Source: Daphnia carinata
Taxonomy: Eukaryota
Direction of reading: 5' to 3'
DNA: 64,000 bases
NCBI RefSeq assembly: GCF_022539665.2
Contig: NC_081332.1
Coordinates: forward strand, 6,262,001-6,326,000
Shown piece by piece: positions 26,771 through 37,306 of the stretch. The translations under genes and the position numbers were made by a program. How positions within the stretch are numbered: position 1 is the stretch's first letter; each line of letters starts with the position of its first letter. The notes under the pieces were generated by a model, which was not told the DNA's origin, did no database searches, and worked only from the letters and a program-made list of their open reading frames with translations.

Positions 26771-26931
26771 TTCCAATGTATTGGTTGGCAAAGAGTTATG
26801 TATGCAAAACCATTAGCTGTTACAATAAAATGAATTCAAAGAAAAGTATTATCTGTTGAATAAATCAAACAGCAGGACTACGCACACCCCACGCTTGTTC
26901 TGTTGGCAACTTCTAATGATTTCCAATGATA

Positions 26932-26939
26932 TATCGATA
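26932..26939. promoter_or_regulatory. DRE-like element (TATCGATA) between the divergent RBM5/10 and colt genes
   Basis: Exact palindrome TATCGATA, with a near match TATCGATG about 57 bp downstream; DRE is an established arthropod housekeeping promoter motif. Confidence 0.5.
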
Positions 26940-27434
26940 TTTCACATTTGTTCTAGTGGATTTCCTAACAAACATCCGATTCAGACAATATCGATGCTTA
27001 GGCAAAGATACTTTGGCCACTAGGTGGTGGTTAATTTCCCACCAAACATATACGTTGAGTCCTTCCTTCCTCCTCCAAAAAGAATACTTAAAAAATAAGA
27101 ACAATGAAATAATAGAATCTTCATAAAAATACAATTTCAGTATTTCTTTTTGAGTTTTTAAATTTTCATGTTGCGACAATGGGCGTTAATGGCGCTTAAC
27201 GCTAGAGGAATACAGTCTAAAGTCTAAAAACATCGACTGCTAAAACATGCTGCTTTTGATATGCAGGGAAGGGAAACAGTAATCAGATAGAACGTCTTCA
27301 TCGTGAGATTTCATCTGTTATCTTTTACGTCAGTTGTCGGTCATTTGCAAAGTACCTCCAGTTTTTACCAGGATTTCTATTGTTATACCCTCCCAAATTG
27401 CAGTTTTTCGGCAGTAATCTTTTTTTTTCGAAAA

Positions 27435-28815
27435 ATGGGTGAAGCTAACAAAGTAAGCCCGATCAAAAATTTTTTCGCCGGTGGATTTGGCGGTGTATGT
27501 ACCATATTTGTGGGCCACCCGTTTGATACATTAAAGGTAACTCCTGCAAATTATTTTTGAAAATAAAACAGGTGTAAACATATACATGCTCTAGGTTCGT
27601 CTTCAAACGATGCCAATTGTACCAGGACAGGCCCCACTCTACAGGGGAACATGGGATTGCTTAACGAAAACAATAAAACACGAAGGGATAAGAGGCCTTT
27701 ACAAAGGTAAATGAATAAGCCATGATTACTACTTGCCTAATAGTCATAGTCTTGTGAAAGGTATTTCAAATACTATATAAAAAAATACATAATTAGGTAT
27801 GGCTGCCCCTATTACTGGTGTTGCACCTATTTTTGCTATAAGTTTTCTTGGCTTTGGTATTGGGAAAAAGCTTCAACAAAGTCATCCTAATGAAAAACTG
27901 ACATTGCTACAACTCTTCAATGCAGGAGCCTTTTCTGCTATTGGCACAACCATGTAAGATTAGCTTTTGTTAAAGTTTGAACAGATCATACTTACTTTTT
28001 TTAATGTTAAAGCATTATGGCTCCTGGTGAAAGAATTAAATGTTTACTTCAGGTAATAGTGAAGAATTGCTGGTAATGAATCAGATACTAACAAAGCTTT
28101 CTCTACCATCTCATTGGTTTAGGTACAACAAGCAAGTACTGGCCCAGCAAAGTATGCAGGGCCAATCGACTGTATTCGACAGTTATATAAACAAGGAGGT
28201 ATTCGCAGCATCTATCGTGGGACAGGAGCGACTTTGCTCAGAGGTAAGTGTAGGATATATTCCTAAACAGAATCTTCGTAAAGATCTACTAATTGCATTG
28301 TGTTAAAAATAGACGTGCCAGCCAGTGGAATCTATTTCATGACATACGAATGGCTCCAGAATACACTTGCACCCGAAAACTCGGAGGGCAAATTAAGCCC
28401 TCTTCGGACAATGTTTGCTGGAGGTATGGCAGGAATCGCAAATTGGATTATTGCTATTCCACCGGATGTGTTGAAGAGTAGATTACAAACAGGTAAATAA
28501 ATGTCACTTATCCTTCAGAAAAGTTTAAAGCGCTACCTTCTTTTTTTCAAAAAATAAAGCGCCCGAAGGAACTTACCCCAATGGAGTACGAGATGTGTTC
28601 AAAGTGTTAATGCGTGAAGAAGGAGTTCGGGCACTTTATAAAGGAGCTGTTCCCGTTTTTCTTCGGTAAGCGGAAACTGCAGAAAGCAATTTATTGTCGA
28701 ATATCTACATGTACTTTTACCTTTTATCCACAGAGCCTTCCCTGCCAATGCCGTATGCTTCCTAGGTTTCGAAATGGCTCTCAAGTTTTTGAACTGGCTA
28801 GCGCCGTCCCTCTGA
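27435..28815 (+). CDS. colt: Mitochondrial carnitine/acylcarnitine carrier (congested-like trachea / SLC25A20), 8 exons
   Basis: [39 protein letters not shown]; three carrier motifs (PFDTLK, PGERIK, PPDVLK); [32 protein letters not shown] at 28813-28815. Confidence 0.95.
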
Positions 28816-29068
28816 TTGAGGTGTGAAACTGTTTACAGTAGATATTATCAAGAAACATGCACACTCCAGCTTTTCAAAATATATAATAGTTTTTGGTAAT
28901 GTTCTGGTTTATTCTTTGGTCTTGTGCATGAACTCACGCAAAGAGTTACTTGATTGTACACAAGTTAAGAATTTTGAATAAGCTTGCTTGCAAATAGGTT
29001 TATGCAAATAAAGTTGGGAATTCTCTTATTGAATTCTTTTGTTCCTCCTCCAAAAAAAGCTCATGGAT

Positions 29069-29946
29069 TTAAAACTAAAGAAACAATAAAATTAAGTAAC
29101 AGTAAGGAAGACAAAAAGAGTTTAACATACCCGCTTCAAAAATTCTTCAGCACATACACGGGCCCGTGCGTTTACGGCCAATTTCATTTCACTGATTTCT
29201 TTGTCTATCTCTTCCATAAAGTGAATGACAAAGTCAACTAATTTATGCTTGTACATAGCTTCAGTGTGGAAATTTGTTATCAGAAAACTAATGTCATACC
29301 CCTAAACGCATAGCAATCAATGAATATGAAACATCACTAAAACTAATACTGGAAGTACTTCACCTCCACAGGCTTCCGCCTTAAAACAATAAAATTTTCT
29401 GCTCTCATCATCATGAACCTCATAAATTTGTGGCAGAGAATTTTTTCAATTTCATCAGCTTGTTTGATGGAAATACTGATTCGAACTGAATTGATGGAGG
29501 CTTCAATCAAGACTTTTTCCTTCTCGTTTCGTGATATGACTACTGGGTTAAGTAACAGTTCCTTGCTTGTGCTATGAAAATAGAATAGTATGATGGTTAA
29601 TGTTTTAAAGAAACCTTGAATATCATCTTACCGAACTTCCACTTCTGGTTTGTTGTGTCTTTCAACTACTTGAGATGAGAAGTTTTCGAGACACATGGCA
29701 GCTTCCAGAGTGCTCCGAACAGCTGACAAATAAGGCCTCAAAGTTGCAGACTACATAGAAAAATTCAAAACTGATCAAGCTAGTTTAACAAAGGTGATGG
29801 TTAAAGCATAGCAATAACTAATCATGATAATGTGGATAAAGTGGTAGTCACATTTATTAGTTTTGGATACAATTTAACTGAGAGCTGTCTTCAATTTAAT
29901 TGAGGGATATGGTTTCTACACCACCAATAAACAGCAAACCCACCAT
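29069..29946 (-). CDS. ARPC4: Actin-related protein 2/3 complex subunit 4, 5 exons including an ATG-only first coding exon and a TTT-TAA last exon
   Basis: [41 protein letters not shown]...[90 protein letters not shown]. Confidence 0.97.
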
Positions 29947-30473
29947 TTTTGTAGTCTGAAATTGTTAAAAATTCTAAGAAACCAGGGCAACGATAAAGCC
30001 GGGCCTTATTATTCAAATCCTCTGCTGGTTTTGATTGTATAGGGTGTGCCAGAGCTGTCACAAATCACAATTTTTGTTTTAGATAACATAAGCAGTCAAA
30101 GAATTCGGTAAGGAACAAGCAATTTCGCAAGATGTCTCCAGAGTGCGCTAGGGATCCATTTTTCAAAACGTGAATGGAATGGTCGTAAATTATATGGCAA
30201 TCCGTTTTGCAAAAAAATCAAATAAAATAACTTAAGGATAAAAATAGAAATTTTTCCGGAATCTATATGGCAATCCGTTTTACATAAAAAAAAAAAAATT
30301 GTCGGAAAAAAAAAAAAAAAAATCGCACTTTTTTCTTTTTTTCCGACACGTAGCCATCTACCGCTCAGACTCGTTATTACTGGCGTAGGCAATTTCAGTC
30401 CATTGGATGCCATTCGCAGTTAGTTCAGTAGTGTGGATGGAGAATAACGCGTGGCTGGAGGAACAAATGAAAA

Positions 30474-31074
30474 ATGGATAAGATAATACAACAAAAGGAT
30501 GGTAAGTATTAAGATTATTATATTGGTTTTCAATTATTAATTATTGTTTATTAGATCAAATTATGAAGCTGCAGGCCCAATTATTGGAACAACACAAAAT
30601 ATTAGATAACAGCAAAGCTAAGGATGGTAAGACCTAATACATAATGATTCTATTTATTTGCTTTTATTCATTTGTGTTTTGTAGCTCAAATTTTGAGTAT
30701 ACAAGCTCAGCTAGGGGAAAAGAACGAATTGGAACGGACGAGTTTCCAAACAGTGAAGGAGGTTTTTCCAAACTCATCCCTAACTGAACATGAGGATGAA
30801 TTGGCATTAGGCGAACACAGTCAGGTACCTAAACTTTTCAAATAAGAATTCAAAATAAGTATAGAATTTTAACAAACAATTATTTATTGTTTAGTTATTC
30901 AGTCTACCACCTGACAGTGTGTTAAAGTTAAATCCTGTTAGTGCTGCACTAAAAGAATTGTTAGTAATAAGTCCATGCAGCGAAGGAAGTGAACAATTGT
31001 GGGACCGTATTTGGGCTGAAAAACGGTTGTGGTACGGAAACCCAGAAATAGCACGAGTTCAACATAAAACATGA
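30474..31074 (+). CDS. Repeat-borne 4-exon ORF, 139 aa (exons 30474-30501, 30555-30626, 30685-30824, 30895-31074), unknown function, probably truncated
   Basis: Three 53-70 bp GT-AG introns join in frame: MDKIIQQKD|DQIMKLQAQLLEQHKILDNSKAKD|AQILSIQAQLGEKNELERTSF...GEHSQ|LFSLPPDSVLKLNP...LWDRIWAEKRLWYGNPEIARVQHKT*. Confidence 0.55.
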
Positions 31075-32618
31075 ATTAGGTACTTTTCGGTTTTTTGTCT
31101 ATCGAAAAAGTATTTTTAATGCTATTATTTTGCATTCACAGAATTTTAGTGGGGGATCAAGTCAAGTCTGGAAGTGTTACAGGATGGAAGAGTGAGCCTA
31201 CAGTTGAAAAACACAGAGTGCATTACCATTAAGGTATGAGGTAAAGTAATAGAGTATGCAAATTGTCTAATGAGAAGTACCATTTTGTGTGAATGAATCC
31301 TGTGTAACAGCAATCCCTTATAGTTCTGTCACAGCTAGAAGCCTCAAATAATTCTGCTTCTCTTGCTAAAGAACAACTTGTCCTTTACATTCAGAGTGTT
31401 GGTGAAGCTGGGTACTTAAATGGCCCTAAAGATGTTTCACTTCGCTGGCATTGCAGTGATGAACATCATACATGGACTCTTTAGGTATGAAAGGAATTTT
31501 CTTGAAAAAATTTTGAATTTATGACGAAGCATTTCTCCTCCTTTTTGCCAACCATGTCTAATCTACAAAAAAAAATTTATCCAATAGGAAAGGATTTTCA
31601 GCATACTGGGAACATAACTATCAACAATGCAACATTCCACAGGTGCTATTTTATCATTCAAGAGCCTTATACAATGATGTTCATCTGCAATTTGTATGGC
31701 CTTTCCCAAGCTTCTGCCAGAAGTTGAATCTATGTGTCATGTAAGTCACATGAGCAACAATTGAGATGCTTAATGGTGTTGTTTTTCTTTTCTCAGCATA
31801 GGTTAATAGTAACATTGGATCTGAAAAGATTCTTGGTTGGGGCAAAACACTGAATAAATTGTAATGATTGGATGGATGACATGACATTTCTATACTTAAT
31901 TCGGATTCCCGAGACGGTATTTTATATTTTAAAAATTGAAGTGCATATCTGGGCTCCCTTCCTTTCCGTAGCCCCGTTTCCCCTTGACTCATAATAAGCC
32001 CGTAGGGGGTCATGCCCCTACTGTACGGTATATATAAAAACAACATATACCGAGGTTTGGAGGGCTCTGGCCGGAAAGGGGACGTGGGGGTCCGCTTAGT
32101 CCGATGATGTGTTCACGGAGGGCGAAGTGGCTACCCACAAATCCGAACTAAAGGTTAATCGCTCCTGTAAAAATGTTCCAAATCTTCAGCTCTTCTTCCG
32201 GCTTCTCTTAGCCAATCACCGGGTAATCTCCCCGGTGGGTCAACAAGGCAGTGTCTCCCCCTGCCTGGGTTGACGGCAACTTTTGAAAGGGCTATTATGC
32301 CTTTTTAAAGTTGCAAAAATAATTGTAATGTGCAGAGAATTGTCAATAAAAATTTTTTTATAAAATTTTTTTTGAAAAATTTGTTTCTTTCATTGTCTGT
32401 GTTAGCTGTATTCACACATTACATTTATCAACTTTTTTTTTTTCTTTGCTTTATTTGTTTTTGTCACCTTTGATGGTAAGCATTGTATCCATTGGTTTAT
32501 CATTTATCTGTAAGTATTCAATTATTATTTATTACACTCTTTGAATTCTTCAACTTAGATTCAAGGAACAACGTGTAGTATCTGGATATTTTTTGAAGTA
32601 ATTTTGTATCTTGTTTTA

Positions 32619-32686
32619 CCCGTATGGGAACCGATCCTCAGACATTCAGCGTGCAACGCCGATGCTCTAACATTGAGCCACGAGAT
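32619..32686 (-). pseudogene. tRNA-like module (copy of 16933-17000)
   Basis: Minus strand GTGGCTCAATGTTAGAGCATCGGCGTTGCACGCTGA... Confidence 0.6.
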
Positions 32687-32970
32687 ATATCTAAATATTT
32701 TATTATCGCATATTATATGTTATCGTCTAGGATGTTTATGCAGTCTTTCACAACTATATGTTTATCTTTCTATTTCTTTCAATAGGTTCAAAGCTCTGTG
32801 GTAGAGGTTTTAGCTGCGATACCTGTTACCCTGGGATCAAACCTCAGTAGATGTGTAAAAATGAAGTAGAATAAATGTAGAAGAGTATATTGCAGAATTG
32901 CATTTCAGTTTTATTCTAAGTGTAAATGCAAGTCCAAAAGTAACTAGAAAAAAGCCAACTTGACATCATA

Positions 32971-33040
32971 TGAATCATGGCTCATTGGTAGAGCATCGGA
33001 GCGGTATGCCGAACAATCAGGGTTCGATCCCTGGATAATA
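32971..33040 (+). pseudogene. tRNA-like module with A and B boxes (copy of 17285-17356)
   Basis: TGGCTCATTGGTAGAGC...CAGGGTTCGATCCCTGG. Confidence 0.7.
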
Positions 33041-35410
33041 ATAGAATGCTTACAGATAAACGATAAACCAATGGAAACAATGCTTACCATCAAAGGTGAC
33101 AAAAACAAATAATGCAAAGAAAAAAAAAAGTTGATAAATGTAATGTGTGAATACAGCTAACACAGACAATGAAAGAAACAAATTTTTCAAAAAAAATTTT
33201 ATAAAAAAATTTTTATTGACAATTCTCTGCACATTACAATTATTTTTGCAACTTTAAAAAGGCATAATAGCCCTTTCAAAAGTTGCCGTCAACCCAGGCA
33301 GGGGGAGACACTGCCTTGTTGACCCACCGGGGAGATTACCCGGTGATTGGCTAAGAGAAGCCGGAAGAAGAGCTGAAGATTTGGAACATTTTTACAGGAG
33401 CGATTAACCTTTAGTTCGGATTTGTGGGTAGCCACTTCGCCCTCCGTGAACACATCATCGGACTAAGCGGACCCCCACGTCCCCTTTCCGGCCAGAGCCC
33501 TCCAAACCTCGGTATATGTTGTTTTTATATATACCGTACAGTAGGGGCATGACCCCCTACGGGCTTATTATGAGTCAAGGGGAAACGGGGCTACGGAAAG
33601 GAAGGGAGCCCAGATATGCACTTCAATTTTTAAATAATTAATACCGTAATACGCGGGAATACACATGCGACTGATGGAGGGAAATTCAATTCCGTACTTC
33701 AAATTATTATAACTTTTTGTTATCGCATCCCAACAAGAAACCTTCGCAGGTTCACTATTGTTTTAATCTAAATTAAGAAAATAAAACATAGATAAGCATA
33801 AGACGTTCTTATTGATATCGCTTACATGGTACATAAATTCATCATCTGCCATATTCCTGTAGAATCCTGGCAGCAGCTTCTAAAAGGCTAGCAGTTGCAA
33901 ATGATCACCATAGCAAAAACTTGAATACGAAAGTTTGGAAGAACCCTTCGTGTTGGACACAGAGATCTTCCATGGGCTTTCCGGTTGGACGTTCCATGCA
34001 CCATAAAAAACAGATAGGTTACAAAGTTGGTTGATTTGATCACTAAACGTTAAGGTAAACAATGTACCTGGTCTCGGCAGTCTTGACAACAATTTCCATT
34101 ATAACATCATATCGCCTGATTTTATGGAAAAAGAATTTCGTAGGCGACAGTTCAGAATAGAAATGGTTGCACTCAAATCTATTGACAGGTGAGGATTAAG
34201 GACTGTCGCCTTAGGGAGTGCAAACCGCGATTTTCAAAACTATTAAATGCTTGTTAGCCATTGAAAGATTGCTGGCTGCCCGCAGACAATCGTTTGGGAC
34301 ATGATTAATGAGGTGCTTCGTGGATAAAGTTCGTTTTTTTTTAGTCCTCTCCAGGATGACATGAATTCCAGCATGTTCTACACATGTATCAGCACTTAGT
34401 GATACACCAATAAAAACAATTAAAAAATTTAAAATAGTACCACCTTTTAATGTTTTTGACTCCATGATTCCTCTTCGTTGCAATTGTGAAGGCAAGACAA
34501 CTGACCTATGGTGATTTATTCATCACACTTGTCATAACCGTTTTCCCAATGTATCAGCTTTTCTGCCAACAGTAGTTTACTAATACAACATTGACGATTA
34601 AAATTAGAAAACTAAACAAACTCAGCAGAAATGCATTACCAGGGAGTAACATCTTGCATGTTGACGAAGAATCCTCGGTTTATCATGTACATGGCAGAAT
34701 ATCCACATTGCCTGGATGGTGCAATCCTTTGTGTAATCACACAAATAGTAACTAAAACATATTGAATTGAAACAAAATTTAAATGAAGTTTTACCCAACA
34801 GCCGGCTGCACCTCTGAATTCCAAAACTACGTCTACATATTCGTATCAAGCTTTTCCAGCATGTCTCACCTTTGGCATTTGTTTAAATCATTCCTTCAAA
34901 AATTTTTAATAAATGTAAATAAAGTAAACAATTGATATTTATGTGACGTCGGAGTACCATTTGGCTGTCAAGCATTCCATACAAGATAGGCATTTTGAAG
35001 AATCAGTGGCAGCAATCAAGTGCTACAATTTGAATATGGGCTAGGTGTTATAGTCGCTGAGGGCTCTCAATCCCTAAACTGAACCTTGCTCACTGATGTG
35101 ACAATTTATAAAAGGATTTAAATCTTAATTAATGAGACATGCAGGATACTGTATAAAATTATAGTAAAGATGGTACCAAATGCTGAGTTACTAGAAATTT
35201 TGCCTGGGAAATCTCCAACTGACCATGTGAAACATAAGTCAGCTGTACTGCATTTGCAAATCCAGTGTTCAAGTAACCATATCCAATCCACGTCTGAAGG
35301 AATGAATGAGAAAATTAAATAGGAATCTGGCGGCTAGATGGCCATAGCTGTAAAAAAGAAAAAAAAAGCCAAAATTTTTTTTTTTGGGGTAAAACGGATT
35401 GCTGTAATTT

Positions 35411-35725
35411 CGAGTATATCCTGTGATATCCAATCAATTTCTATGGTGTCAGTTTTTGCCGAAAAAAGTTTTAAGCCCGACTAATAAATAAGCCCGACTT
35501 TCTGCTGCATCGCGCTAGCATTGCGTCAAGTATTCGGTGTATTTCAAAAACGATTAACTTAATAAAAAAAACAGCAATTTTCCCTGAAACAGATTCAATT
35601 TTGAGTTTATCCTGGGATATTTAACCAATTCCGATGAGTATCAATTTTTGCCGAAAAAAAAATTTTAAGCCCGAATAAATAAGCCCAAGCGCCAGTACGC
35701 TACAGCGCTAGCGCAATACAGCAAA
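35411..35725. repeat. Short repeat cluster flanking copy B, related to 19612-19710
   Basis: ~85-bp direct repeat (35411-35497, 35603-35687) ending AATAAATAAGCCC; GCGCCAGTACGCTACAGCGCTAGCGCAAT is the reverse complement of 19622-19650; TATTCGGT...AAAAACGATTAAC is shared with ~19667-19694. Confidence 0.7.
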
Positions 35726-37306
35726 AATATTCCGTGATTGTACTGTATGTAGAGAATTAACTAGAAAATGACCGCTAGATGAAAATAGTAGTAAAACGGA
35801 AAAATACTATATTTTTTTCGCTCAAAAAAAAAAAAAATTATCGTTTTTTCTGTTTTACTTTTTTCTGCTCTCTCCGACCCGTTTTTTTATAGTATGATCT
35901 CCTTGTTTAATCGAAGGGATGACTTAAGGAAAAACACAGCCATCCTTTTCAATTTATTTTATGCCATAACGCTGGCAAGAGCTTATTGGAATGTATCACG
36001 CGCCGCTCTTCCGTTCAAGACTTATAAAGCATTTCGTTACACGGTATACGTTGAGGTTCGGTCGAACAAAATTCAGGTGGTAGGCAATGTTCTTGGATGT
36101 TTCTCAACTTGAATAGCTTCCTTAGCTTACCAACAAGTGACTAGCGATTCAGTATTACAGCGTAAGGCACGCGGAAGTTGTTTGTGCTTTTGCCTGAGCG
36201 CGTTCCGGGTCATTAATGAAGCATCTGTTAGCGATCTTGAAGTTCTAATGCGGGTTGTCCGTCATGTAATTTAGCAAATCCTTGTGCGGGTTCCCTACAA
36301 TAATCCTTTTCCCTATCTAAAATTTTTATTAGGAGGTAAAAAAAAAAAAGATTAACAACTACTAAAACCTAAAAATTAAAAAATTAGGAGAAATAAAGCA
36401 ACGACAATTTTTTTTTCTTTCAGAACCTGACTAGAAAAAAACATTTTTTTTTCCAAATTTGTGATACATAATTTTTGCGAATATACACGTACAAACCACA
36501 CAGGCCACAAATCATTTGGGAAAATCAACAGTCAACTCCATAGTCAGGGGATAGGGGGAAAAATATGTTCCACCTGTCTCGATAATGCGCATGTGCTTAT
36601 TCGCAAGGGTTGTTTTTCTCTTCCATTTCATATATATAATATTAGACATGATCTGAATTTTAAAATAATGAGAGAAACATAAGGGACAAGGTGTATACAA
36701 TTTGAAAGAAAAAACTGAAAAGCTTGGTCTATGATTAAGGAGGGAACACCGTTTCCAACGGGTGGACAGTGTCTTCTGTGTGCACATGTAATGACATATA
36801 AACAGCCCCATAGTATTAATATTTAACATGAAAATGAACATCATTTTAAACTACTCATGTTTTTGCGAGGGAGTTACAGGGTATAGGGATCTTACAGAAG
36901 AAAAGGAGAGGCGACAAGAACCACCATCGGTCCATGCAAAAGAATCATGCGACGCCAATAGAATCTACAAATGGAGAGGGAAAACCAATGATATCCAGTT
37001 ACAAAAATAAACGAGGTGAGGGGACCAAACAAAACAAATGCGGATTCGATCTCGAAAGAAGAGAGACCAATCGAGGCACAATTTTCCAAACAGTTATTCT
37101 ATCTCTTTGTGGCGGCTTCATAATTATTTATCCCTTTAACATTTGACGAGCGGGCGAAATATCGGTCTTCTCACACGCCGATATCGTCATGCAAATTTAT
37201 CTTGCTTTTTTTCTTGCCATTTCTTTTTATCACAGATCAGAAAGGGATTTCTCCACGACAAAGCCGTAAGATTTCGGCGTTTTTTACTTTTTATTGTTAA
37301 TTGTCA

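Larger units (their letters stand above)
31928..33634. repeat. Palindromic core: ~590-bp inverted arms (31928-32520, 33043-33634) around a tRNA-like spacer; equivalent to 16243-17944
   Basis: TTTAAAAATTGAAGTGCATATCTGGG... and ...CCCAGATATGCACTTCAATTTTTAAA; arms near-identical. Confidence 0.95.
30266..35406. mobile_element. Composite foldback repeat, copy B (extra terminal-repeat copy at 30193)
   Basis: TATGGCAATCCGTTTTAC at 30266 and GTAAAACGGATTGCTGTA at 35389-35406; 30266-32520 is the reverse complement of ~17358-19602; 33635-35330 is unrelated to copy A. Confidence 0.7.

Noticed and set aside
14402..35725. CRISPR array or prokaryotic system
   Set aside because: No regularly spaced direct repeats with unique spacers; all genes are spliceosomal
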